This document shows, piece after piece, positions 40,227-48,828 of a stretch of DNA of 64,000 nucleotides. Source of the stretch: an uncultured Oscillibacter sp. (GTDB lineage Bacteria; Bacillota; Clostridia; Oscillospirales; Oscillospiraceae). The first letter of the stretch is position 1. Every line of letters starts with the position of its first letter. A program made the translations under genes and the position numbers. Below the pieces are notes generated by a model. The model was not told the DNA's origin, made no database searches, and was given only the letters and a program-made list of their open reading frames with translations. The DNA is taken from NCBI GenBank assembly GCA_947644365.1, contig CANRYZ010000001.1, forward strand, positions 64,907-128,906, in the 5' to 3' direction.

Positions 40227-40391
40227 GTTCCTGGAAAAATGGCGCATGCCTGCCGAAGGAGTGACACTCTCAGGCATCCGGAGGACCGGATGGGGACCGG
40301 GAACGGATGCGGCTCTGGAGAAGCCCGGCGGCGCCGGGTACCGAAGGTGCAAGGCGGGAGACTGCCGAATCTCTCAGGTAAAAGGACAGAG
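40227..40391 (+). promoter_or_regulatory. Tandem glycine riboswitch
   Basis: Two CCGAAGG...CUCUCAGG aptamers; the second has CUCUGGAGA...AAAAGGACAGAG; promoter TTGACA-17-TAAGGT at 40168-40196. Confidence 0.92.
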
Positions 40392-40506
40392 GGACCGCCT
40401 CCGCCGGCGTGTGCCGGGGGAAGGTCCGTTGTTTTCCCGGAGCCGCGCCTGCGGCTCTTTTTGCCGTTCAAGACCCGGCGTACACTCAACAATATGGAGG
40501 GAATTT

Positions 40507-41937
40507 ATGGGAATCTTAGATGCGATTCTGGGCTTTTTGAAGGGCCCGCTGAACGACTTTGCGTGGATGTACACGTTTCTGCCCTGCGCCATTGTCGGCG
40601 GACTGTTTCTGACCATCCGCTGCGGCGGCGTGCAGTTCCGGCACTTCGGCCACGCCATGAAGAACACCGTAGGCAAGATGTTCCAGAAGCAGGAGGCCGG
40701 CGAGGGCGCCGTGACGCCCATGCAGGCCGTGACCACCGCCCTGTCCGCCACGGTGGGCACCGGCAACATCGTGGGCACCTCCCAGGCCATCGCCCTGGGC
40801 GGCTACGGCGCGGTGTTCTGGCTGTGGCTGGCGGCTCTGGTGGGCATGGTGACCAAATACTCCGAGATCGTCCTGGCCATCAAGTTCCGGGAGCGGGACA
40901 GCAAGGGCGACTGGGTGGGCGGCCCCATGTACTACATCTCCAAGGGCCTGGGCGGAAGCTGGAAGTGGCTGGCGGCGCTCTACGCGGGCCTGGCCGCTCT
41001 GGCGTGCTTCGGCATCGGCAACATGTCCCAGGTGAACAGCATCACCGGCTCCGTCATCGGCGCCTTCGCCGCCTTCACCTCCGTCTCCGCCGGCATGGAG
41101 ACCATCCTCAAGTGGATTATGGGCATTGTGCTGGCCGTGCTGGTGGCGGTGATTCTCCTGGGCGGCATCAAGCGCATCGGCGCCGTCACGGAGAAGCTGA
41201 TCCCCTTTATGAGCGTCTTCTACATCCTCTTCACCGTCATCGTCATCGGCGCCCACGCGGGCAACATTCCCCACGCCTTCCAGATGATCTTCTCCACCGC
41301 CTTCACGCCCCAGGCCATGTTCGGCGCCACCACCGGCATCGTCTTGAAGCAGACCATCATCTGGGGCCTGCGGCGCAGCGCCTTCTCCAATGAGGCGGGC
41401 CTGGGCTCCGCGGCCATCGCCCACGCGGCGGCGGACACCAAGGGCCCCGTGAACCAGGGCCTGTACGGCATCTTCGAGGTGTTCATCGATACCATCGTCA
41501 TCTGCTCCCTCACCGCTCTGACTATCATCTGCAGCGGCGTGGAGATCGGATTTGGCGTGAAGCCCGGCAGCGAGCTCATCACCGCCGCCCTGGCCACCGT
41601 CTTCGGCAACAAGTTCGCGTCCCTGTTTGTCGCCATCGCCCTGGCGCTCTTCGCCTTCTCCACCGTCCTGGGCTGGTCCCTGTACGGCACCCGGTGCGTC
41701 CAGTACCTCTTCGGCCACAAGGACGCCCGGGGCCACAAGGCCGTGCGGGTGTTCCAGATGATCTTCATCGTGGTGGTGGTCGTGGGCTGCGTGTCCCCCC
41801 TGGAGTTCGTGTGGGACGTGGCGGACACCTTCAACGGCCTGATGGCCATCCCCAACTTCATCGGCCTGTTCGCCCTCTCCGGCGTGGTGGCCATGGAGAC
41901 CCGGAAGTATTTCAGCGACAAAAACAATTTACGCTAA
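40507..41937 (+). CDS. Alanine/glycine:cation symporter (AGCS family)
   Basis: TVGTGNI, GGPMYY, FSNEAGLGS, EVFIDT, NGLMAIPN; GGAGG RBS. Confidence 0.95.
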   Translation: MGILDAILGFLKGPLNDFAWMYTFLPCAIVGGLFLTIRCGGVQFRHFGHAMKNTVGKMFQKQEAGEGAVTPMQAVTTALSATVGTGNIVGTSQAIALGGYGAVFWLWLAALVGMVTKYSEIVLAIKFRERDSKGDWVGGPMYYISKGLGGSWKWLAALYAGLAALACFGIGNMSQVNSITGSVIGAFAAFTSVSAGMETILKWIMGIVLAVLVAVILLGGIKRIGAVTEKLIPFMSVFYILFTVIVIGAHAGNIPHAFQMIFSTAFTPQAMFGATTGIVLKQTIIWGLRRSAFSNEAGLGSAAIAHAAADTKGPVNQGLYGIFEVFIDTIVICSLTALTIICSGVEIGFGVKPGSELITAALATVFGNKFASLFVAIALALFAFSTVLGWSLYGTRCVQYLFGHKDARGHKAVRVFQMIFIVVVVVGCVSPLEFVWDVADTFNGLMAIPNFIGLFALSGVVAMETRKYFSDKNNLR

Positions 41938-41949
41938 GCCTGTCATAAG

Positions 41950-41982
41950 ACAAGGCGTCCGCTTTGCGGGCGCCTTGTTTTT
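41950..41982. terminator. Terminator between agcS and folC
   Basis: ACAAGGCGTCCGC-ttt-GCGGGCGCCTTGT-TTTT. Confidence 0.8.
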
Positions 41983-41984
41983 AT

Positions 41985-43262
41985 CTATTCCGCCGCCAGG
42001 GCCTCCACGGCCCGGCGGACGTCCCCGGAGAGGTACAGCGACCCCAGGGCGCAGACCACGCCGGAGGGCCCCGCCGCCTCCACGGCGGCCCGAACCCCCT
42101 CCCCCGCCGCGGCGCAGGCCCGGGCGGGGACGCCCCGCTCCGCCAGCAGCGACGCCAGCGCCTCCGCCTCCATGGCCCGGGGACTGCCGGGACGGAGGGT
42201 GAAGACCCGCTCCGCCAGGGGCGCCAGCAGGTCCAGCATGGCGGACACGTCCTTGTCCGCCAGCAGGCCCAGCACAAAGACCATTTTCCGTCCCGGAAAC
42301 AGCGTCCGCAGGCTCTCCGCGGCGGCGGCCATGCCGTGGCCGTTGTGGGCCCCGTCCAGCAGAAACACCGGGGCCCGCCGCAAAACCTCAAACCGCCCGG
42401 GCCAGCGCACCTGGGCCAGCCCCCGGCGAACGGCCTCTTCGGAGATACGCCACCCCTTCTCCCGCAAGACCTCCAGCGCTGTGACGGCCAGGGCGGCGTT
42501 GCGCATCTGGTAGGCCCCTGTCAGGGGGAGATACAGCTCTCCATAGGGAGTAAAATCGAATCGGGCCCCATCCAGCCCCACGAAGCGGGGCCGCAGGCGG
42601 GAGAAGTCCACCTCCGTGAGGCGGGCCCCCTGCTCTCCGCACACCCGGCGGAACACCGCGTCCGCCTCCGGGCAGCCGCCATAGCTGACCACGTCCCCGC
42701 CGGGCTTGATGATGCCCGCCTTGGCGGCGGCCACATCCGCCTGAGCGGGACCCAGCAGGTCCACGTGGTCCATGCCCATGGCGGTGAGGACGGCGGCCTC
42801 CGGCACGTCGATAACGTTGGACGCGTCCAGGGCGCCTCCCAGTCCCACCTCCAGTACGGAGACGTCACAGTTCCTGCGGCGGAAATACAGCAGGGCGATG
42901 GCGGTAATCAGCTCAAACTCCGTGGGGTGCTCCGCCAGGGCCTCCGCGGCGGGGCGGACCTCCTCCGTCAGCTCCGCCAGCTCCCCGTCGGAGATCATCT
43001 CCCCGTCCACCTGAATCCGCTCATGGAAGGTCACAAGGTAGGGAGAGGTGTTCAGCCCCACCCGGTATCCGGCGGCGCGGAGCACGGAGGCAATACAGGC
43101 GCAGGTGCTGCCCTTGCCGTTGGTGCCCGCCACGTGGATGAAGCGCCGTCCCCGCTGGGGGTCTCCCAGGGCGCGGAGCAGGGCGCGCATACGGTCCAGC
43201 CCCGGGGCGTGGTCCTGCCACTGGAAGGAGTGGATATAGGCAATGGCCTCCTGTCCGGTCAT
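41985..43262 (-). CDS. folC: Folylpolyglutamate synthase/dihydrofolate synthase
   Basis: HVAGTNGKGST, LEVGLGG, WPGRFE, DGAHN, GSLYL. Confidence 0.95.
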   Translation of the reverse strand: MTGQEAIAYIHSFQWQDHAPGLDRMRALLRALGDPQRGRRFIHVAGTNGKGSTCACIASVLRAAGYRVGLNTSPYLVTFHERIQVDGEMISDGELAELTEEVRPAAEALAEHPTEFELITAIALLYFRRRNCDVSVLEVGLGGALDASNVIDVPEAAVLTAMGMDHVDLLGPAQADVAAAKAGIIKPGGDVVSYGGCPEADAVFRRVCGEQGARLTEVDFSRLRPRFVGLDGARFDFTPYGELYLPLTGAYQMRNAALAVTALEVLREKGWRISEEAVRRGLAQVRWPGRFEVLRRAPVFLLDGAHNGHGMAAAAESLRTLFPGRKMVFVLGLLADKDVSAMLDLLAPLAERVFTLRPGSPRAMEAEALASLLAERGVPARACAAAGEGVRAAVEAAGPSGVVCALGSLYLSGDVRRAVEALAAE

Positions 43263-43275
43263 GGCGCGCTCCCTC

Positions 43276-43827
43276 CTACGTCCGGGCCAGGCCCTGGCGG
43301 CGCAGCAGCGAGGCCATGGGCAGAGCCACGGTGGCGACGATCACCGCGATCAGCACGCCGGAGCCCAGGCGGTAGAGGAGCTCCCCAAAGACATAGGCCC
43401 TGGAGTAATAGTGGTAGATCAGGGCGTCCAGGGCGATGACCAGCGTATTGGAAACGGTGGTGCACAGAGCCGCCAGCACGCAGACGGCATACGCCAGTAT
43501 TGGGCGGCGCTCCAGAGGGCGCTCCGTACGGCAGAGGGCCAGAGCCGCGGCCCCGATGACCGCGCCCCGCACCGCCGGGGGGATCAGCCACAGCGCCGTG
43601 GTGGCGGTGATGCCGTAGCCGCCTATCAGCTGATTGATAAACTCCCCCACAAAGGCCGTCAGGACGGACTCCAGAGGCCCGAACAGCAGCGCCGAGAGCA
43701 CCACCGGCAGCGAGGCGAAGGTGATCCGCAGATTCCCCGCCTTGATGGCGATGGTGTTGTTCAGCAGCACGTACAGCGCCGCCAGCATGGCGACGCGGCA
43801 CAGGGCCCGGGTGTTGATTTTGGACAT
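43276..43827 (-). CDS. folT: Folate ECF transporter S component
   Basis: AMLAAL AxxxA helix, multi-TM, THF riboswitch upstream, folC downstream; AGGAGG RBS. Confidence 0.85.
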   Translation of the reverse strand: MSKINTRALCRVAMLAALYVLLNNTIAIKAGNLRITFASLPVVLSALLFGPLESVLTAFVGEFINQLIGGYGITATTALWLIPPAVRGAVIGAAALALCRTERPLERRPILAYAVCVLAALCTTVSNTLVIALDALIYHYYSRAYVFGELLYRLGSGVLIAVIVATVALPMASLLRRQGLART

Positions 43828-43882
43828 AAAAATACCTCCTTCTGATGCGGCAGTACGCCGCACAGAGGAGGTCCCCCTTATG

Positions 43883-44000
43883 CGGCAGCGGGATGCGGAA
43901 CACATACTGCGGTCTCCCTTTCGTCCGGAAAGCAACTCCCCGTCTTCCCGGCACTGAGGACGGCCCCGCCGCCCGTTGACACATGTGTTCCTACTCTGCC
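43883..44000 (-). promoter_or_regulatory. THF riboswitch (variant with inserted hairpin)
   Basis: GGCAGAGUAG...AGUGCCGG..GACGGGGAGUUG..CCGGACGAA...CCCGCUGCC; P2 GGAACACAU/AUGUGUUCC. Confidence 0.88.
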
Positions 44001-44082
44001 TGTTGGGACTTATTATACAGATTTTTCAGAAAATAGCAAGAGCGGAGACGCCCGGAAATGCATCCAAAAAAGAATTGCGGAA

Positions 44083-44102
44083 ACTGTTGCGGCCGCAACA
44101 GT
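44083..44102. promoter_or_regulatory. Crp/Fnr-family (HcpR-like) activator site
   Basis: Perfect palindrome ACTGTTGCGGCCGCAACAGT centred at -41.5 relative to TATAAT (44122-44127). Confidence 0.6.
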
Positions 44103-44156
44103 CCGTCAACCGTTTTTACAGTATAATTCCCTCAAAATACGCCGGAGGAGACCCTT

Positions 44157-44852
44157 ATGCTGCGAAAAATCATCAAAATTGACCAGGAGAAATGCAATGG
44201 CTGCGGAGCCTGCGCCAGCGCCTGCCACGAGGGCGCCATCGACATGGTGGACGGAAAGGCCGTCCTGACCCGGGAAAACTACTGCGACGGCCTGGGGGAC
44301 TGTCTGCCCGCCTGTCCCACCGGGGCCATCACCTTTGAGGAGCGGGAGGCCCCGGCCTACGATGAGTCCGCCGTCCTGCGGGCAAAAGAGGCCGGGAAGG
44401 CCGCGCCCCAGGGCTGTCCCGGAACGCAGTCCCGGACGCTCCGCCGTCAGGCGGAGGAGCCCGTCCCCGCCGCTCCGGCTGCCAGCCGGCTGTCCCAGTG
44501 GCCGGTGCAGATCAAGCTGGCCCCCGTCCGCGCCCCTTACTTCGAGGGGGCAAACCTGCTCATCGCCGCCGACTGCACCGCCTATGCCTTCGGCGACTTC
44601 CACAACGCCTTTATGAAAAAACGGATCACACTCATCGGCTGCCCCAAACTGGACGATGGGGACTACGCTGAAAAGCTGACGGAGATCATCGCCGGAAACG
44701 ATATCAAAAGCGTGACGATTGTCCGCATGGAGGTCCCCTGCTGCGGCGGCCTGGAAAACGCCGTGAAGCGGGCCCTCCAGGCCAGTGGGAAGCTTATCCC
44801 CTGGCAGGTAACGGTCCTCTCCACGGACGGAAGAATTTTAGAAACCCTCTGA
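44157..44852 (+). CDS. 4Fe-4S dicluster ferredoxin-domain protein
   Basis: CNGCGAC...C and CDGLGDCLPACP; QWPVQIKL, GCPKLD, MEVPCC motifs. Confidence 0.88.
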   Translation: MLRKIIKIDQEKCNGCGACASACHEGAIDMVDGKAVLTRENYCDGLGDCLPACPTGAITFEEREAPAYDESAVLRAKEAGKAAPQGCPGTQSRTLRRQAEEPVPAAPAASRLSQWPVQIKLAPVRAPYFEGANLLIAADCTAYAFGDFHNAFMKKRITLIGCPKLDDGDYAEKLTEIIAGNDIKSVTIVRMEVPCCGGLENAVKRALQASGKLIPWQVTVLSTDGRILETL

Positions 44853-45039
44853 AAAACAGGCGGATTTCAGGCAAAGACGCTTGGAGCACAGGAAAAACAA
44901 GTGGATCTCTCATCGCATCATCCGGTTTTCCTGGCCTTTACCGGCTCCGAGACACACTTGGAACAGAGAGAATCCTGAACCCTCAAAGAGCGGCTGTCCT
45001 GACGCGGGACAGCCGCCTCTATATTTTCTGAATTTCCTC

Positions 45040-45088
45040 TTGACAAGAACGAATGTTCGATATAGAATATGAATCGAACAAACATTCT
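45040..45088 (+). promoter_or_regulatory. sigma-A promoter with two LexA (Cheo) boxes
   Basis: TTGACA-17-TAGAAT; GAACGAATGTTC in the spacer (45047-45058); CGAACAAACATTC at 45075-45087. Confidence 0.85.
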
Positions 45089-45131
45089 ATTTGCCGCCAT
45101 ACCCAGCAGCGGCTTCAAGGGAGGTCTCTCT

Positions 45132-45236
45132 ATGACTGGCTGGACTCTGTTTTTCATCGTGATCGGCGCGTCGGTCCTTACTGCTCAGCTCTTCCGGGTA
45201 ATCGACGCCATCGAACGCCCCCGGCGGTCCCGGTGA
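45132..45236 (+). CDS. 34-aa single-TM peptide MTGWTLFFIVIGASVLTAQLFRVIDAIERPRRSR (not in ORF track)
   Basis: GGGAGG RBS 7 nt upstream; hydrophobic helix with Arg-rich tail; stop 10 nt before the rSAM ATG. Confidence 0.7.
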   Translation: MTGWTLFFIVIGASVLTAQLFRVIDAIERPRRSR

Positions 45237-45246
45237 GCTCGTTCCC

Positions 45247-46512
45247 ATGGACGTCCTGGAAAAGCTGACCATTCTCACAGACGCCGCCAAGTATGACGCC
45301 GCCTGCACCTCCAGCGGCGGCAGCCGCACGGCAAAAAAGGGGTATATCGGCAACACCTCCACCTCCCTGGCCGGGTGCTGCCACACCTTCTCCGCCGACG
45401 GGCGGTGCGTCACGCTTCTCAAGGTGCTGATGACCAACCGCTGCGTGTACGACTGCAAATACTGTGTCAACCGCCGCAGCAACGAGACAAAGCGGGCCGC
45501 TTTCACCCCGGAGGAGCTGGCGGACCTGACCATCAACTTCTACCGGCGGAATTATATCGAGGGGCTGTTCCTCTCCTCCGGCGTGTTCCGCAGTCCGGAC
45601 TACACCACGGAGCTGATGATCCGCTCCCTGCGCCTTCTGCGGGAGACCTACCGCTTCAACGGGTATATCCACGCCAAGGCCATCCCCGGCGCCGCGCCGG
45701 AGCTGGTGGAGCAGCTGGGCTTTCTGGCGGACCGCCTCAGCGTCAACATCGAGCTCCCCTCGGAGGCGGGGCTGAAGGCCCTGGCGCCGGACAAGACCAA
45801 ACAGGCGATTTTGACCCCCATGCGCCAGATCCAGGCGCGGAACCAGCAGAGCCGGGAGGAGTTGGCAAAATACCGCCACGCCCCGAAATTCGCCCCCGCC
45901 GGGCAGAGCACCCAGCTCATCGTAGGGGCCACGGCGGACAACGATCTCCACATCCTGCGCCTCACCCAGGGCCTCTATGACCGCTACCGGCTGAAACGGG
46001 TATTCTACTCCGCCTATGTGCCGGTGGTGGAACACGCCCTGCTGCCCGCCAGAGACGTGAAGCCCCCGCTGCTGCGGGAACACCGGCTGTACCAGGCGGA
46101 CTGGCTGCTGCGGTTCTACGGCTTCCGGGCCCAGGAGCTGCTGGATGAGGCCCACCCAGACTTTGACCCCCGGGTGGACCCCAAGTGCAGCTGGGCCCTG
46201 GCCCATCTGGATTTTTTTCCCGTGGAAGTCAACGCGGCGGACTACGAGTCGCTGCTGCGGATTCCCGGCGTGGGCGTCACCTCCGCCAGGAGCATCCTGG
46301 CCGCCCGCCGGACGGGTCCCCTCCACCTGGAAAATCTGCCGAAGCTGGGCGTGGTGATGAAGCGGGCTCAATACTTTCTCACAGCCTCCGGCAAAACCGC
46401 CGACGGTCTCCGCTTCACGCCGGACAGCCTTCTGCGGGGACTGATCGCCGCGGAACGCCCCCTGCTGCCCCAGCCGCCCATGGAGCAGCTGTCCCTCTTC
46501 GCCGCCGTGTAA
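45247..46512 (+). CDS. Putative DNA modification/repair radical SAM protein (TIGR03916-like)
   Basis: AKYDAACTSSG, CVYDCKYC, EGLFLSSG, REHRLYQADWL, C-terminal HhH LLRIPGVG, QLSLF clamp-like motif. Confidence 0.93.
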   Translation: MDVLEKLTILTDAAKYDAACTSSGGSRTAKKGYIGNTSTSLAGCCHTFSADGRCVTLLKVLMTNRCVYDCKYCVNRRSNETKRAAFTPEELADLTINFYRRNYIEGLFLSSGVFRSPDYTTELMIRSLRLLRETYRFNGYIHAKAIPGAAPELVEQLGFLADRLSVNIELPSEAGLKALAPDKTKQAILTPMRQIQARNQQSREELAKYRHAPKFAPAGQSTQLIVGATADNDLHILRLTQGLYDRYRLKRVFYSAYVPVVEHALLPARDVKPPLLREHRLYQADWLLRFYGFRAQELLDEAHPDFDPRVDPKCSWALAHLDFFPVEVNAADYESLLRIPGVGVTSARSILAARRTGPLHLENLPKLGVVMKRAQYFLTASGKTADGLRFTPDSLLRGLIAAERPLLPQPPMEQLSLFAAV

Positions 46513-46525
46513 GCGGGAGGTCCTT

Positions 46526-47383
46526 ATGACGGAAATGGTCTATTGCTATGACGGCAGCTTTGAGGGCTTTCTATGCTGCGTCTTTGACAGCTATGCCAAC
46601 AGAGAAGTCCTCACCGCCATCTGCCGCGATGAGGACTTTATTCCAACGCTGTTCGCCAGCCGCGCCATCCCCACCGACCGGGACCACGCGGGCCGGGTGT
46701 ACCGGAAAATTGTCAAATGCTCCCCCTGGGCGGCGGAGCTGGTTCGCAAGGGATTTCTCACCTGTCTGCCGGACCGGGAGATCCATCTGTACCGCCTGGT
46801 GCGGAAGCTGCTGCGGGAGGGCCCGGGCTTCCTGGGAAACCTCTCCGATCCGGTCCTCTACCCCGTGGCCAGGGCCGTCCGGCACCTGGAGGGCGAGGCC
46901 CATCTTCTTAAGGGGTTTGTCCGCTTCTCCGATCTGGGAGGCGTGCTGGGCGGTGAGATCGAGCCGAAAAACCGGGTGCTCCCCATCCTTCGGGGCCACT
47001 TCTGCGCCCGCTACCTCAACGAAAAGTTCTTCCTCTACGACCGCACCCACCGCGAGGCGCTCTTCTACGCCGCCGGGAAGGCCATGATCCGCCCCCTGGC
47101 GGACTTCCAGATGGCTCCGCCGGACGAAAACGAGGCGGCCTACCGTCTTTTGTGGAAGCGGTTTTACGACACCATCGCCATCAAAGAGCGATACAACCCA
47201 AAGTGCCGGATGACAAACATGCCAAAACGCTACTGGAACACCATGACGGAGTTTCAGGACGAGTCCTACTTCACGGCCCGAAGCTCTCCCGCAGCCGTTT
47301 CAGACCCCGGCGCTCCAGCCGGGATACCTGCACCTGGGACACTCCCAGCACCCGGGCCGTCCTCTCCTGGGTCAGCCCCTTGA
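46526..47383 (+). CDS. TIGR03915/DUF4130 putative DNA repair protein
   Basis: YDGSFEGFL, HLLKGFVRF, LWKRFY, MPKRYW motifs. Confidence 0.92.
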   Translation: MTEMVYCYDGSFEGFLCCVFDSYANREVLTAICRDEDFIPTLFASRAIPTDRDHAGRVYRKIVKCSPWAAELVRKGFLTCLPDREIHLYRLVRKLLREGPGFLGNLSDPVLYPVARAVRHLEGEAHLLKGFVRFSDLGGVLGGEIEPKNRVLPILRGHFCARYLNEKFFLYDRTHREALFYAAGKAMIRPLADFQMAPPDENEAAYRLLWKRFYDTIAIKERYNPKCRMTNMPKRYWNTMTEFQDESYFTARSSPAAVSDPGAPAGIPAPGTLPAPGPSSPGSAP

Positions 47384-47975
47384 AGTACCGGAGCAGAATC
47401 GTCATCCGCTCCTTCTCCGGCAGCTGGTCGATGGCCTCCCGCAGGGCGATGCGCTCCACCAGGGCCTCCTCCGGGGCCTCCGTACCCAGCACGCCCTCCA
47501 GGGTCAGTCCGTCGATGGTCTCCTGCTGGAGGGACTCCGGCGCGTCGGTGGCCAGGTCGATCTGGGCAATCTCCTCCGCCGTCAGGCCGGAGGCCTCCGA
47601 CAGCTCCGAGAGGACCGGCTCCCGGCCCAGCTCGTGGCGCAGCCGCTCCCGCAATCCGTAGAGCATCTGGGACTGCTCCCGCAGGCTCCGGCCCACCTTC
47701 ACCGCGCCGTCGTCCCGCAGAAACCGCCGAATCTCCCCGGCGATCTTGGGGACGGCGTAGGTGGAAAAGCAGGTGCCGTAGTCGAAGTCAAAGCCCTGGA
47801 TGGCCTTTAAAAAACCGAGGCAGCCCAGCTGATACAGATCGTCCGGGTCCACGCCCCGGCCGTAGTAGCGCCGCACCACGCTCCAGATCAGGCCGTTGTT
47901 CTCGATGACCGCCTGCTCGCAGGCGTCCCGGTCCCCCTCCTGCGCCGCCCGCAAAAGCTCCAGCGCCGCGCTCAT
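47271..47975 (-). CDS. sigF: RNA polymerase sporulation sigma factor F
   Basis: DDLYQLG, FSTYAVP.I.GEIRRFLRDDG, SQVQVSRLE; third gene of spoIIA. Confidence 0.93.
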   Translation of the reverse strand: MSAALELLRAAQEGDRDACEQAVIENNGLIWSVVRRYYGRGVDPDDLYQLGCLGFLKAIQGFDFDYGTCFSTYAVPKIAGEIRRFLRDDGAVKVGRSLREQSQMLYGLRERLRHELGREPVLSELSEASGLTAEEIAQIDLATDAPESLQQETIDGLTLEGVLGTEAPEEALVERIALREAIDQLPEKERMTILLRYFKGLTQERTARVLGVSQVQVSRLERRGLKRLRESFGP

Positions 47976-48421
47976 TTCGCCGCTTTCAGCCGGGGCGCCA
48001 ACCGCTTTTTCATCACCACGGACGTACCCTTTCCCGGCACGGAGCGCACGGTCAGCCTGTCCATAAAGCTCTCCATAATGGTAAAGCCCATGCCGCTGCG
48101 CTCCGCTCCTCCGGTGGTAAACATGGGCTGCCGGGCCTTGTCCACATCCGGGATGCCCCGCCCATAATCCCGCACCGTGACCTCCAGCGTGTTCTCCGGG
48201 CAGATCCGCACTTTCACCACCACCTTGCCGATGGAGTCCGGATAGCCGTGGACGATGGCGTTGGTCACCGCCTCGCTGACGGCGGTTTTGATGTCCTCCA
48301 GCTCGTTGAGCGTGGGGTCCATCTGGGCCGCGAAGCTGGCCGCGGCGGCCCGGGCAAAGGATTCGTTGCTGCTGCGGCTGGGAAATTCCAGCGTCACCTC
48401 ATTGGATGCTCTTGTCTTCAT
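47972..48421 (-). CDS. spoIIAB: Anti-sigma F factor
   Basis: SEAVTNAIVHGY, ERSGMGFTIMESFMD. Confidence 0.97.
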   Translation of the reverse strand: MKTRASNEVTLEFPSRSSNESFARAAAASFAAQMDPTLNELEDIKTAVSEAVTNAIVHGYPDSIGKVVVKVRICPENTLEVTVRDYGRGIPDVDKARQPMFTTGGAERSGMGFTIMESFMDRLTVRSVPGKGTSVVMKKRLAPRLKAAK

Positions 48422-48436
48422 TATGTAAACCTCCCT

Positions 48437-48742
48437 CTATCGAATCGTCACCAGCCGGCCCACGCCGGCAGCGTCCAAAACCCGCCGGGCCTGGGGGGGC
48501 ACATGACACACCAGCACGCTGCCGTCCAGCATCTGCATCCGTTGCTGCGCCCGCAGGATCAGCGCGATGCCGGAGCTGTCCATAAAGGTCACGCCGGCCA
48601 GGTCCAGCACCAGTCTGGCGGGCAGGGCCGCGTCCACCGCCAGCTCCAACTCCCGCAGGGCGTCCCGCGCGCCGTGGTGGTCGATCTCCCCGGACAGCTC
48701 CAGCAGCAGCTGCCTGTCCGCGCTCTTTGCGTTGATCTCCAT
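48437..48742 (-). CDS. spoIIAA: Anti-anti-sigma F factor
   Basis: GEIDHH, FMDSSGI STAS motif. Confidence 0.95.
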   Translation of the reverse strand: MEINAKSADRQLLLELSGEIDHHGARDALRELELAVDAALPARLVLDLAGVTFMDSSGIALILRAQQRMQMLDGSVLVCHVPPQARRVLDAAGVGRLVTIR

Positions 48743-48770
48743 ATCTCTCGCCCCTTTTCCACTTTTGCAC

Positions 48771-48807
48771 AAAAAAATCACCGTAAGGCTCTACGCCTTA
48801 CGGTGAT
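48771..48807 (-). terminator. Strong terminator-like hairpin just upstream of spoIIAA
   Basis: 13-bp perfect stem ATCACCGTAAGGC/GCCTTACGGTGAT with a U-tract on the minus strand. Confidence 0.75.
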
Positions 48808-48828
48808 GATAGCATGTCCGGCTTTTGC

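Noticed and set aside
40168-40506. N-terminal extensions in the ORF track for agcS, and likewise for folT, ycxB, csoR, trpS, rnmV, mogA and the divIVA-like gene
   Set aside because: They run through promoters, riboswitches or neighbouring genes; downstream starts have proper RBSs or coupling
44021-44035. CodY-like box in the folT promoter (similar AT-rich matches near 13515 and 38390-38430)
   Set aside because: Degenerate AT-rich motif that matches easily by chance; presence of CodY in this organism is unknown
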